From the IMG/VR virus record IMGVR_UViG_3300008110_010000, positions 62,001 through 126,000 of that record: DNA of 64,000 bases; one strand, 5' to 3'. The notes below the pieces were generated by a model. The model saw only the letters and a list, made by a program, of their open reading frames with translations. It did no database searches and was not told the DNA's origin. The position numbers and the translations under genes are program-made. Position 1 is the stretch's first letter; the number at the start of each line of letters is the position of its first letter. Below, in pieces: positions 28,052 through 38,389 of the stretch.

Positions 28052-31000
28052 ATGGCAAAGAAGTTAACTCTGGATCTATCCGTTTTTAAAAGTTCTGGTG
28101 TCTATACCTTAGAATTTGATGCTTCTGAAAATATTGTAGTAAATCCACAGACAGTAAGATTAGTGGTTGGATTTTCAAACAAGGGCCCATTCAACACTCC
28201 AGTTTATGTGCCAGACGTTCAGACAGCTATTAAAGTTTTCGGTGATATCGATAGAGCTTTAGAAAAAAAGGGATCGTTCTTCCATCGATCAATATTCACA
28301 TGCTTAAACAGCGGACCTGTTTTTGCCCTTAATCTTTTAAAGTTGAACAATTCAGTCACAACAAGTGACGATCCAGATGTTGCTAACGGAGCTGATGTAG
28401 CTAGATATAGAACTTTTTCTGTTGACACTGCAGAATCTAACGGAACTAACTCAACTGATGAGTACACGAAGGTAAATGCAAATCTTCCTAAGCAGGATAA
28501 ATTGGTTTCTTCTTATTATAACAAAGAAAAGTTTTGGTTCCCAGATCCAAACATGCTTCTTGCCACAATAGATGTAACTGAGCAATCTAAATTGTTCAGT
28601 CTGGTTAACTTAAGCCAAAACCCAGTAAGTGTTATTGTAAAGAAATCTTTGGATGCTAGACTTCCTATTAAAGGATTTGATATCACAGCTCAAGAATATT
28701 TTGGAGCTAGCAATGTTCCAAACTTCATGAATCCTTATGATTACATTTCAGATTACTTTGTAGATGTTATCGTAGTAAGCGGAAATTGGACTAAATATCA
28801 AGAACTTTCTTTAGATCCTATTTACTCCTCATATTTCACATCAAAGGGATTCGTAAAAGCTCAGATTGACAATTTCTTGGCTCTGAAAGAAGTAAACGTG
28901 GTTCTAACTGTAACTGGATGCTTGATTCCAGATTTTGTTGATCAAAACGGAATCACACAATACATTAAGACATTAATTAACAATCAAGTAGGACAAACAG
29001 GAGTACTTTGTGCAGTAAATGAAGAGGCTTTAGATGATTTATCATCAGGAGATTACTCTTATATAGATTTAGTTGGCCATCACCTAACGGGTGCTTTAAA
29101 TCCAGCTAATCCTGAAATCAACGAAATAGATTTCTTAAGTTATAGTTCTCCGCTAACTGCAGATTTTACATACACTCAAAATTCTAACACCATAACAGAT
29201 CTTGATAGCCCTTATTCAGATCTTATTGAAATCGGAACAACATTTGTTGATGCCTTCGGCTCACCTAGTGTTGATGGAGTATTTGAAGAAGATTTTGCAG
29301 CATATAGCTCTACAAATCTTGATTCTGGATTACCATATTTGCAAACAAATTTCTTAGGTGCAGATGCAACTAGCAGAAAAAACGCACTAAAAAATTTCTT
29401 GGCAGTTACTGCAACATCTCCAGCATCTAAATTCATTATTGGTAAAGTTACTGGAAATATTTCAGGGAATGTTGAAGCTAAAAAAGCTTTCTCTGCCAAT
29501 GACATAGTTAAATTAAAGGTTGAGGAAGTAAAAGAGGTAACAGTTTCTCCTGGAAACGTACAACTTAGAATTAAATGGTCACATCCTTTATTTAAAGCTG
29601 CTTCTCCTTTAGTTTCTCCTTATTATAGAACAAACATAGGAGGAAGCCACTATCAATTCTGTAAAGCAGATTACTTTGATAGATTTGATCCAATTGAAAC
29701 AAGTCCTGGACCTCTTGGAAGTCCAACTCCTATTAATCCACAGACATTAGGAAACTACACATACTTCGGTTATGCTGAATCTAAACTTTTCTTAGATCAT
29801 AAAAATGGATTAATTAGCGACGGAGACGTAATTTACAAAGCATATGACGGATCATCAGTTCAATATCTTAAATTTGAAAACTCTGTAGACAGAGACGGAT
29901 TTGAAACAGTTGAAATGAAATCCTACGTTGATGCTGATTTCACAACAGAAGAAGCAGCGGTTTCATTGGGTGTAAGTTATAAAACTTCCTCAACAGGATC
30001 ATCAGATACTGTAGACTCTGATGAAGTAAACATCGTATCAATTGCAGGAAACCTAAATCAATTTGTTAATGTAATCTCGGTTATTTCAACAAACCAGGTG
30101 GAAGTATCAGTTACTGAAGTAGCTGCAACATCTCTTAAAGTAGGTGATCTCCTAGTATCACAGGACGTTGATCAATTTGAAAACGCAGTTGGTAATAAAC
30201 TTAACAGATTAACAAGAATTATAGAATCTAAGAAAGTAGCAGTTCCTGGATCACCTGGAAACTACACAATTTACGTGAAAACGGATAGACCTATTCTTCT
30301 TTACTCCGGAGCTAACGCAAGAGTGAATAAGTTTAGACCGATACATCAATTCGTGGAAACCTACAAGATTTCATATCTTCCCGGCTTCCAGCTTAAAACC
30401 TCTCACAAGCCTAACGGATCTGATGACAGATTAGACGAAATCTTGGACGTTTTAACCACAACCAATATTTCTAAAACACTTGCTGATAGAAATATTATCA
30501 CTTTCAGATATGTTGTTGATACGTTTGATGGACAAATTCAAACTAACTCCAAACATCAACTAGCTAAATTAGCTAAAGATAGACAGAAATGTCTTGCAAT
30601 TATTAATGCTCCTTCAATGGAGAAATTTAAGGATTCAATAGATCCAAGATTTACTGACGCACCTTCAGCAACAGAACCAGCTCCTTTACTAAGAGCAAAG
30701 TATATTGCAGAGGGCGGAAACTTAGAACTAAATCCTTCATTCAGATTCACTTTACCTGATGAAGATAGTGGAGCTAAATTCTGCGGTGTGTTTGGACCTT
30801 TCTTAACTATAAGAGAAAATGGTAAAAACTTTAATATTCCTCCAGCTGCACACGTAAGTAATAATTTCATTAGAAAATTTGTTACTGGAGAACCTTATTC
30901 TATCGTAGCTGGTCAAAAAAGAGGGGTACTTTCAGGATCTAACTTAGTTGGACTTGAATATGATTTCTCTCAGGATGATAGAGATTTCTTAGAACCCTTT

Positions 31001-31423
31001 GGATTCAACCCAATCATCAGAAAGAGAAATATTGGATTGGTAATATTTGGTAACCAAACAGGATATCAAAGAACTAACTCAGCATTTAATAACTTGCACG
31101 TTAGAGATCTTCTAATTACTCTTGAAGAAAGTGTTGAGGATATTCTTTCGAATTACGTATTTGATTTTAACGAAGATTCAATCAGACTTGAAATTAAAAC
31201 TATCGTAGACAATTACTTAAGCGGCGTTAAAAACGTTGGAGGTATCTATAACTACTTAACTATTATGGATTCTTCTAATAATACTCCTGCTATCATAGAT
31301 CAAAACTTAGGAATTATCGATATCATTCTCGAACCTGCTAGAGGTATTCATAAGTTTATCAACAGAGTAACTGTTACAAGAACTGGTGGTATTGCTTCTG
31401 GAGGTTTCATCCAATTCAGTTAA
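28052..31423 (+). CDS. Contractile tail sheath protein (gp18-like)
   Basis: SSGVY..EFD, GFS.KGP, AGQKRG, NPI, GNQT, VRDLL, FDFN. Confidence 0.9.
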   Translation: MAKKLTLDLSVFKSSGVYTLEFDASENIVVNPQTVRLVVGFSNKGPFNTPVYVPDVQTAIKVFGDIDRALEKKGSFFHRSIFTCLNSGPVFALNLLKLNNSVTTSDDPDVANGADVARYRTFSVDTAESNGTNSTDEYTKVNANLPKQDKLVSSYYNKEKFWFPDPNMLLATIDVTEQSKLFSLVNLSQNPVSVIVKKSLDARLPIKGFDITAQEYFGASNVPNFMNPYDYISDYFVDVIVVSGNWTKYQELSLDPIYSSYFTSKGFVKAQIDNFLALKEVNVVLTVTGCLIPDFVDQNGITQYIKTLINNQVGQTGVLCAVNEEALDDLSSGDYSYIDLVGHHLTGALNPANPEINEIDFLSYSSPLTADFTYTQNSNTITDLDSPYSDLIEIGTTFVDAFGSPSVDGVFEEDFAAYSSTNLDSGLPYLQTNFLGADATSRKNALKNFLAVTATSPASKFIIGKVTGNISGNVEAKKAFSANDIVKLKVEEVKEVTVSPGNVQLRIKWSHPLFKAASPLVSPYYRTNIGGSHYQFCKADYFDRFDPIETSPGPLGSPTPINPQTLGNYTYFGYAESKLFLDHKNGLISDGDVIYKAYDGSSVQYLKFENSVDRDGFETVEMKSYVDADFTTEEAAVSLGVSYKTSSTGSSDTVDSDEVNIVSIAGNLNQFVNVISVISTNQVEVSVTEVAATSLKVGDLLVSQDVDQFENAVGNKLNRLTRIIESKKVAVPGSPGNYTIYVKTDRPILLYSGANARVNKFRPIHQFVETYKISYLPGFQLKTSHKPNGSDDRLDEILDVLTTTNISKTLADRNIITFRYVVDTFDGQIQTNSKHQLAKLAKDRQKCLAIINAPSMEKFKDSIDPRFTDAPSATEPAPLLRAKYIAEGGNLELNPSFRFTLPDEDSGAKFCGVFGPFLTIRENGKNFNIPPAAHVSNNFIRKFVTGEPYSIVAGQKRGVLSGSNLVGLEYDFSQDDRDFLEPFGFNPIIRKRNIGLVIFGNQTGYQRTNSAFNNLHVRDLLITLEESVEDILSNYVFDFNEDSIRLEIKTIVDNYLSGVKNVGGIYNYLTIMDSSNNTPAIIDQNLGIIDIILEPARGIHKFINRVTVTRTGGIASGGFIQFS

Positions 31424-31463
31424 TTTGATGAATACAGAAAAGAGGAAATATATAAAATAAAAA

Positions 31464-32036
31464 ATGGCAGGATTACCACATTATACGTCTTCGAAAGCAG
31501 CAGTAAACAAATTTGAACCGATCTATACGAATCAGTTTGAAGTTGTTATTACTCCACCTGCTTCCGTAGTTCCCCCTCAGGGAAATCCTAATAATGGCAA
31601 CATTCTTTTAGAGCACGTAAAAAGTGTAGAAGGATTGGGTGTTGATCAGAATCCAGGAGAAATAGCTCAGCAATATAAAAATGCTAAGAGATATTACTCC
31701 GGGGCAAAACCTAGCCAAACTGGATTTGATCTAACGATCAACTTTGAGGTAAACCTAGACGAAAATAATTCAATGTACGTTTTTAAAACAATGAGACAGT
31801 GGGCGGATTTAATTTACAATCCACTTACGGGAGCTCAGGGTTTGAAAAGAGATTATACTGGTACCATAGTAATTAGTGCATTTAATAAGGCAGGTGACGT
31901 TTTTAGAAGAATCACATGTAAAGACTGCTTTCTTATGGCAAGTTTAACACCTATGGATCTTAACTACACTAACACTCAGATATTTAGTTTGAGAGCTCAG
32001 TGGGCAGTAGATTACTTTGATGACGTATTTTTATAA
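31464..32036 (+). CDS. Tail tube protein (gp19-like), copy 1
   Basis: NQFEV, W.DLIYNPLTG, DY motifs; follows sheath. Confidence 0.8.
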   Translation: MAGLPHYTSSKAAVNKFEPIYTNQFEVVITPPASVVPPQGNPNNGNILLEHVKSVEGLGVDQNPGEIAQQYKNAKRYYSGAKPSQTGFDLTINFEVNLDENNSMYVFKTMRQWADLIYNPLTGAQGLKRDYTGTIVISAFNKAGDVFRRITCKDCFLMASLTPMDLNYTNTQIFSLRAQWAVDYFDDVFL

Positions 32037-32050
32037 TAATTAAATAAAAA

Positions 32051-32632
32051 ATGGCAGGACTACCACATTTTACGAGTTCAAAAGCAGCAGTAAGCCTATA
32101 TGAACCGGTTTATTTAAACCAGTTTGAGGTTATAATCCAACCCCCTGCAGCAGTTTCAAACCCTGTGGGAAATGCAGGTAGATCACTTTTGGTTGAAAAT
32201 ATCATCTCTATCACAGGATTGGAGGTAGATAAAACACCAAGACCTGTAGAACAAAACTACAAATTTGCAAGAAGAAGATATGCAGGTGGAGCAGTAGAGG
32301 ATACTGGTGCTAGAATTAGATTACAATTCCACACAAATCTAGATGACAATAATTCTAACTATGTTCACAAGACATTGAGAGAATGGTCAGATTTAGTTTA
32401 TAATCCTCTAACAGGTGCTATGGGAATTAAAAGTACTTATGCAGCTAACACATACGTTTTAGTAAGTATGTTCAATAAACAAGGAGATGTTTTTAGAAGA
32501 GTTAAATTTTTAAATTGCTTCCCGATAGAAGCGATTACAGCTATTCCTCTACAATATGAGGGAGGTGGAAATAGACTTTATGATATAAACATATCATTCA
32601 GAGCTGACTACTTCGAAGACACATTCAATTAA
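32051..32632 (+). CDS. Tail tube protein (gp19-like), copy 2
   Basis: Clear paralogue of the preceding gene (MAGLPH.TSSKAAV). Confidence 0.8.
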   Translation: MAGLPHFTSSKAAVSLYEPVYLNQFEVIIQPPAAVSNPVGNAGRSLLVENIISITGLEVDKTPRPVEQNYKFARRRYAGGAVEDTGARIRLQFHTNLDDNNSNYVHKTLREWSDLVYNPLTGAMGIKSTYAANTYVLVSMFNKQGDVFRRVKFLNCFPIEAITAIPLQYEGGGNRLYDINISFRADYFEDTFN

Positions 32633-32653
32633 AAACTTTACGTTCGAATATAT

Positions 32654-32683
32654 AAAAGGCTTATCTACCAATAAGCCTTTTTT
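32654..32683 (+). terminator. Intrinsic terminator after the tail tube genes
   Basis: AAAAGGCTTAT-CTACCA-ATAAGCCTTTT followed by T. Confidence 0.8.
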
Positions 32684-32730
32684 ATTGATTTTTTGTAAAG
32701 AAGGAGAACATTATCCAAGCATGGACGAAG

Positions 32731-32970
32731 GTGATAAAGAATCTAGAGAAATACAAGAAGAAGGAGAAAAGGATGATCCTTTTCAGAGATACGTCTCTAA
32801 TGTTAGCGATGTTCTTTCTCCCATTTGGTTACGACGCTTTATTCAAGTTAATCATGGATTTAACTGGTTCATATTGGGTTGCAGATATCGTTTTTTATTC
32901 AATTTCAGGATGTTTTTGGTTATCATATATCTTACTTACGAGACATTTAAATAAAGCCAAAAAATCTTAG
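32731..32970 (+). CDS. Small two-TM membrane protein
   Basis: Two hydrophobic helices, basic termini. Confidence 0.55.
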   Translation: MIKNLEKYKKKEKRMILFRDTSLMLAMFFLPFGYDALFKLIMDLTGSYWVADIVFYSISGCFWLSYILLTRHLNKAKKS

Positions 32971-33038
32971 ACTCTCACCCCGAATTTTATTTTAAACCTC
33001 CTACTACAAGTAAGGATAGATAAAATAGAATTGTTTTT

Positions 33039-34022
33039 ATGGAAAATACTTTTGAAAACGAAATGCTTTCAAAGCTCTCTGAAAGAGAGAAAGAAAGCGG
33101 ATTAAACTATGAGGAATTAACCCCTCCCCAACAGGAAATTCCAAAATCACTAGGAAAGGCGTCCTTTGTCGAAGAGAGTCTTTCTGAACTGGCCATGGAA
33201 TCCCCCTGGAAAAAATTACCTCTAGAAAATTTACCCTCTCAGGGTTTTGGATATCCGGAAGAAACAGAGCTTTCTATTAGATCAGCGGAGGTTTCAGAAA
33301 TTCGTCATTTCTCAACAATAGATGAAAATGATCCCATAGATATAGACGATAAAATAAATCATATAATTTCTAAATGCTCTTCTTTTAGATGGAAAGGAGG
33401 GGTCTTGAATTTCCAAGATATTTATCAGGAAGATAGATTTTATATTTTTATGGCAATTCGTGATTTGACTTTTGTTAAAGGGGAAAACAGAATATTTATT
33501 CCTATTCAAAATAAATGCACTAAAGAAGATTGCCCGATTCCTTCAGAGATTGAATTGACGTCAGGAGTTCTTTCTAATTTTTCATTAGATCCAAAACTTA
33601 AAACATATTATGACCATGAAAATGGTTATTTTCAATTAACACCCAAAAATGGTGATCCTGCAATTCAACTTTTCATTCCTACTATTGGGGTATCTCAAAA
33701 AATCAGGAAAATTCTAAGAGATAAAACTAGGGCAGGTAAAAAATACGACTCATCATTTGCCACGGTATCTCCTTTCCTAATACCTAACTGGAGAGATCTT
33801 GATGAAAAATCTTACGACTCTTATGAAATGAACTCCAAAAACTGGACATATACCCAGTTTGTTTTATCTGATAATATTTCTAAACAGATAACATTTGCTA
33901 CAAAAAATAATTTGTCTGTAATTTGTAATAAATGCGGTGCCGAGGTCACTGCTCCTATCCGATTTCGCGGGGGAATCAGATCCCTTTTCATTGTTTCAGA
34001 TATCTTTGGACAACTACTTTGA
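33039..34022 (+). CDS. Baseplate hub/tail assembly protein (gp26-like)
   Basis: LPSQG.GY, DRFYIF..IR, Cys pairs (CTKEDC, CNKC); follows the tube genes. Confidence 0.6.
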   Translation: MENTFENEMLSKLSEREKESGLNYEELTPPQQEIPKSLGKASFVEESLSELAMESPWKKLPLENLPSQGFGYPEETELSIRSAEVSEIRHFSTIDENDPIDIDDKINHIISKCSSFRWKGGVLNFQDIYQEDRFYIFMAIRDLTFVKGENRIFIPIQNKCTKEDCPIPSEIELTSGVLSNFSLDPKLKTYYDHENGYFQLTPKNGDPAIQLFIPTIGVSQKIRKILRDKTRAGKKYDSSFATVSPFLIPNWRDLDEKSYDSYEMNSKNWTYTQFVLSDNISKQITFATKNNLSVICNKCGAEVTAPIRFRGGIRSLFIVSDIFGQLL

Positions 34023-34200
34023 AATCAAAAGAAAGCTAGCAAAAGATCATAATATTTCTTTTTCAGAGCTGGAAAAACTTCCATATTTTGAATTTCAAAT
34101 CATCCTTGAAAAAATAAACAGGGAAATAGAAGAGAGAAACAAGAAAATTATCAAAGAGAAAGACGGATTGGTACCCATTTTTAATTTAACCAAGCAATAA
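33991..34200 (+). CDS. Baseplate hub assembly factor (gp51-like); start uncertain (TTG 33991, GTG 33937 or frameshift)
   Basis: LAKDHNISFSELEKLPYFE resembles the gp51 pattern; no in-frame ATG. Confidence 0.55.
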   Translation: MFQISLDNYFEIKRKLAKDHNISFSELEKLPYFEFQIILEKINREIEERNKKIIKEKDGLVPIFNLTKQ

Positions 34201-34230
34201 ACCTTTAATATATAGAGGAAAAGGTAGAAT

Positions 34231-35721
34231 TTGGCAATAATTAATTCCGAACAGGTAGATGTTTTTAACAAACAGCTCTCAGATAAAAAATCTGCAGATC
34301 CTTTATTGGGTAATGCTTCACAAGAAGCTCTTGATATTGCTATAGGGCAGGCAAGGGGTGAAGTTCTTCCTGGGAGTTTTGGAGCTGCTATGTTTGAAAT
34401 TCCGGAAGGGAAGGATCCGAGTCAATATATTAATTCTATCACGGATAATATCGTTAGTACAGCAGTTGAAAACTTCAAGGGTCTTTCATATCAAAATCCA
34501 AAATATTTAAGCGGGTGGGTCCAAAATAGACCTTCATTTAAGGATTCTAACGCGTATAACGAACTTAGAACAATAACTAAAACTGAATTCAATACCATAG
34601 AAAACGGAATTGATGATCTGGAAATGGGGGAAAGTCCGGACTTCAATAACAAAGAGCTGAACAAAATTTCAAGTAATAATTTACAGCACATTTTAGATTC
34701 TACTGTTCTTAATTTTCTAAAAGAGATTGGGATACAAAGACAATCCGGGGCTGCTCCTAGCGATGAATATGTCATGAATAGCGCTAAAGAGGTTTTCGAT
34801 TTTCTGGCTAAATCGTTAATTCCTCCTGCTCCTAAACCTGAACCGATACTCCCGCCTCCTCCCCCAGCTCCTACAGAACCAGCTCAATCCCCAGCAGCAG
34901 AAATCCCTGCCTCTGTTATCACCACACAACAAGAGATAGCCAAACCTGCTGAACCCACACAGGAAATAACCCCCGCTACTGCAAATCCGCCGGTAACACA
35001 GACCCCTCCTGCTGCAAATCCCCCAGCGGAACCAACATCCACGGTAGTTCAACAAACACAGACGAATGTTACTAATGTTACAAATCAGGCTGCTGTGGAA
35101 GGTCCTAAAACATTTGATGCTGCTACTACCAAAGAATTCACTAAGGAAGAATCCCCTCTACTTAGTATGTTAGGGGATCAATTAGGAATGAGTGCAGGAG
35201 AGATTGCTAACATGTTTGCCGGAGCAGATATTGCAACATTTGATCAAGCAATTGCTCAGAGCTTTGGAGGTGAATCCGATGCTATAAATCAAGCGACAGG
35301 AGAAATCCTTCAAAACCCCGATTTAGCAGCTAAAGCAAGTACCGTGGTTCAAAATTTAACACAAAATGAATCCGTTCCAACAGAAGCAAAAGAGCAAGTT
35401 GCAAATGTAGTGTCCCAGGCAACCCCAATGGTGGAACAAACCCCTGTTCCTCCAGTTGAACAACAACCTGCCACCCCTCCCCCACCATCTCCACAAACAC
35501 CTGCACCCTCCCCACAGGAAGAACCTGAAAAAACCTCAGAAACTAAAGCTCAAGAGGAAAAACAAAAATCTGCCGCTGAAGCTGAAACAAAAGCTGCAGA
35601 TGAATCTAGGAAAGATGAAGACCAAAGAATCAATGGAGAATTACTCAAGACAATGAGAGAAATTTTAAAGGTTCTTCAAGGTCCACTAATCGTTACAGAC
35701 AACACTCACAAATTTTCATAA
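34231..35721 (+). CDS. Pro/Thr/Gln-rich protein, possibly tail-associated
   Basis: TTG start after AATATATA; low-complexity linker. Confidence 0.6.
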   Translation: MAIINSEQVDVFNKQLSDKKSADPLLGNASQEALDIAIGQARGEVLPGSFGAAMFEIPEGKDPSQYINSITDNIVSTAVENFKGLSYQNPKYLSGWVQNRPSFKDSNAYNELRTITKTEFNTIENGIDDLEMGESPDFNNKELNKISSNNLQHILDSTVLNFLKEIGIQRQSGAAPSDEYVMNSAKEVFDFLAKSLIPPAPKPEPILPPPPPAPTEPAQSPAAEIPASVITTQQEIAKPAEPTQEITPATANPPVTQTPPAANPPAEPTSTVVQQTQTNVTNVTNQAAVEGPKTFDAATTKEFTKEESPLLSMLGDQLGMSAGEIANMFAGADIATFDQAIAQSFGGESDAINQATGEILQNPDLAAKASTVVQNLTQNESVPTEAKEQVANVVSQATPMVEQTPVPPVEQQPATPPPPSPQTPAPSPQEEPEKTSETKAQEEKQKSAAEAETKAADESRKDEDQRINGELLKTMREILKVLQGPLIVTDNTHKFS

Positions 35722-35778
35722 GGTTCAGTTTTTTTTGTGAAACTTTCTTTCTATATTTGTATAGGATAATAAAAAGCT

Positions 35779-36021
35779 ATGTCGGTTACTGAAAAAAAAT
35801 ATATTATGGAGGAAAATTTAAGAGAATCCCTAGCGGATTTTCTAAAAAATCCCTTCGATAACTATCAGGAATTGATTGGTTTGATTGAAAGCAAAAGCTC
35901 CTTCACAGAATCTGAAATCAACAAGATAGTTTCTCTGCTCGGTAAGTTTCCTGCTTATTCTGTTTATCCAGTAATAGATTTATTTAAAGGAAACTTAAAA
36001 GAGGAAAATATTGGAGAATAA
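35779..36021 (+). CDS. Hypothetical protein
   Basis: ORF after a class I promoter (TATATTTG at 35752). Confidence 0.6.
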   Translation: MSVTEKKYIMEENLRESLADFLKNPFDNYQELIGLIESKSSFTESEINKIVSLLGKFPAYSVYPVIDLFKGNLKEENIGE

Positions 36022-36523
36022 TTTTTTTACTGAGCAAGATTCAAATAACTGTTTAGATAAAAAGCAGTTTAAGTTAGATCTTGTTTATCTCAGAATGGCA
36101 AAAGAATGGTCAACTAATTCTCATTGCAAAAGAAGTCAGGTTGGATGTTTAGTAGTCAAAGACAAAACCATAATTTCAGACGGATATAACGGAACTCCAA
36201 CAGGATTTCCAAACATTTGCGAAAATGAAATAAATGAAACCTTGCCTTATGTTTTGCACGCAGAAGCAAATGCTATAACAAAGCTTGCAAAAAATACGGT
36301 GAGTTCACACGGGAGCACGATGTATGTAACGCTTTCCCCGTGTTATGATTGCTCAAAATTAATTATTCAATCCGGGATTAAAAGAATCGTTTTCTGTGAG
36401 ATTTACAGAAAGACTGATTCTCTCCAACTGCTAAACCAAGCTGGGATTGAAATTGTTTATATTAACTTACATAACCCTTTAAACCAAGAACCAGATGGCA
36501 AAGAGCATTCAAGAATTAGCTGA
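36011..36523 (+). CDS. dCMP deaminase
   Basis: C.R.QVG, GYNG, HAEANAI, PCYDC. Confidence 0.92.
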   Translation: MENNFFTEQDSNNCLDKKQFKLDLVYLRMAKEWSTNSHCKRSQVGCLVVKDKTIISDGYNGTPTGFPNICENEINETLPYVLHAEANAITKLAKNTVSSHGSTMYVTLSPCYDCSKLIIQSGIKRIVFCEIYRKTDSLQLLNQAGIEIVYINLHNPLNQEPDGKEHSRIS

Positions 36524-37118
36524 AAAATTTTTAATGACATCCCAAGAGAAAGATTTTAAGTCTCTCTATGATAGGATTAAACCAGGTTTACTTAATCACT
36601 GTAAATCAATCCTAATTGATGAAGAGGTTGCGCAAGATGCAGTGTCAAAAACTTTTGAAAAGATCTGGGTAAAAGTTGCCCAATATGATCCTTCTAGGGG
36701 AAATTTTTCCACATGGGCATATAACATAGCAAGAAACGAATCTCTGCTAATCAAAAAAAATTCGAAGAAATTTACTCCATTAGTTTATGAATCGATAGAA
36801 TTAGATGGTAGAGATCATGATGAATTCATTCCTCTCTCTGATATAACCCCAGAGGATATTTTTGCTGAACCAGAATGGGAAATAAATAATCAGGAAGGAG
36901 GCTTTGATGATCTATATGATACAGTCTTAGAAAAGATGAAACAGCTTCCTGCGATTTATAAGGATATTCTTATGGATCGGGAACTACATAAGATGAAGTA
37001 TCAAGATATTGCTGATAAATACGGAATGAAAAAGAGAGCAGTTGCAACACGTATTAGAAGAGCTAGAATAAAGATCAGGGAGATGTTTCCTGGAATAAAA
37101 TTAAATTTTATCGATTGA
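36495..37118 (+). CDS. ECF-type RNA polymerase sigma factor
   Basis: AQD...F.K.W, FSTWAYNIARN (region 2); YQDIA...VATRIRRAR (region 4). Confidence 0.85.
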   Translation: MAKSIQELAEKFLMTSQEKDFKSLYDRIKPGLLNHCKSILIDEEVAQDAVSKTFEKIWVKVAQYDPSRGNFSTWAYNIARNESLLIKKNSKKFTPLVYESIELDGRDHDEFIPLSDITPEDIFAEPEWEINNQEGGFDDLYDTVLEKMKQLPAIYKDILMDRELHKMKYQDIADKYGMKKRAVATRIRRARIKIREMFPGIKLNFID

Positions 37119-37119
37119 T

Positions 37120-37590
37120 ATGATAGATTTTTTAAAGGGATTAATCAGAATTTTTGGAGTTATTAGAGACATTAGAAATTATCTATTTCTCCGTAGGGTA
37201 ATTAAAAAGGAGCTGATGAATTCTCCGATATGGTCAAAAAACAATTTGAGGGTAGACTGGATTGGCAGAATTTACACAGTTATGAATTTACCACCCGAAG
37301 TGACAATGTCCCCAGATTTACCACGGGAGCTTTGGCCAGCTTATTTAATAGAACAATCGAAGGGATTAAATGAATATCTCACTTCTCTTAATCTTCATGA
37401 GATAATCATTCCTGAATATAAGGAGATTCCAGAAAGCAATTCATATCTTTTAGTTTATTATCCTTATTTCAGAGATCTAACAACCTGGTGGATTGCAAGT
37501 AGAACTATTTTTTGGACCACTGCTATCATCATTGAAAGCAAAACACAGTGGCTATCCCAAGCTTGGACTTGGACAATATCATTATTTTAA
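37120..37590 (+). CDS. Hypothetical protein
   Basis: ORF with hydrophobic C-terminus. Confidence 0.65.
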   Translation: MIDFLKGLIRIFGVIRDIRNYLFLRRVIKKELMNSPIWSKNNLRVDWIGRIYTVMNLPPEVTMSPDLPRELWPAYLIEQSKGLNEYLTSLNLHEIIIPEYKEIPESNSYLLVYYPYFRDLTTWWIASRTIFWTTAIIIESKTQWLSQAWTWTISLF

Positions 37591-37593
37591 AAA

Positions 37594-38340
37594 TTGACAA
37601 ATCCTAATATTCAGAGAAAAAGCTATCCCTGGGGAAGAGCTTATGAGGTTATCACGGATCACCAGACTAAGCTGGTTCTTCCTTCCGTTACAACAGTTTT
37701 AAAGCTCCTTACTGAGCCTAAATTCCAACACTTGAGAGAAAAGTTCGGTAACGAGAAATGGCAGCAGATACTGGATAAAGCATCATTCAGAGGAACAGTT
37801 ATGCACTCGATGCTTGAACATTTCCTATTGGAGTATGCAGAATCAAAATCAGTGGATAAGAGTCTTCTATCAGCTCAAAATATTGCTAAGGAAGAAGAAA
37901 AAAATTCACCAGACAAGTTGGATTTGATTGTGAGAGGTAGAGATCTTTTTTGGAATTTTTATCATGAAAAATTTTGGTCAGATATTAAATGTGTTCTTCA
38001 TAACGAACTTTTTCTGTGGACAGATTTTAGAGGCGGATGGGCAGGAGCAACAGATTTTATTTTTCAAGACTTTAATGACGAGCACGTGGTAATAGATTTC
38101 AAGTCTGCTAGCTCACCTAAAGATGAAGACGATATTGATTCCTATAAATGCCAAATTTCCGCATATATGTTTGCTTATGCTGAGAGGTATGGAGTAATTC
38201 CTCACCGTGGGGAAATTTGGATTTCTAACGAAAAAAACTCTTCAATCCAAAGATTCATCGTTACAAGAGACGAGTTTAAAGAACATCTAAGAAAATTTCT
38301 GGATCTCTTGAAACAATTCAGGGAAATCCACTCTATTTGA
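37594..38340 (+). CDS. PD-(D/E)XK exonuclease
   Basis: PSVTTVL, RGT.MH, GATD, IDFKS, QISAY. Confidence 0.85.
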   Translation: MTNPNIQRKSYPWGRAYEVITDHQTKLVLPSVTTVLKLLTEPKFQHLREKFGNEKWQQILDKASFRGTVMHSMLEHFLLEYAESKSVDKSLLSAQNIAKEEEKNSPDKLDLIVRGRDLFWNFYHEKFWSDIKCVLHNELFLWTDFRGGWAGATDFIFQDFNDEHVVIDFKSASSPKDEDDIDSYKCQISAYMFAYAERYGVIPHRGEIWISNEKNSSIQRFIVTRDEFKEHLRKFLDLLKQFREIHSI

Positions 38341-38389
38341 TGAAACATTAGGTTTAAGAGGATCTAAAAATGAATATAAAAAATAAAAA

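Noticed and set aside
32685-32954. 89-aa ORF overlapping 32731-32970
   Set aside because: The overlapping frame has a more plausible two-TM architecture, and this one starts at the terminator tail
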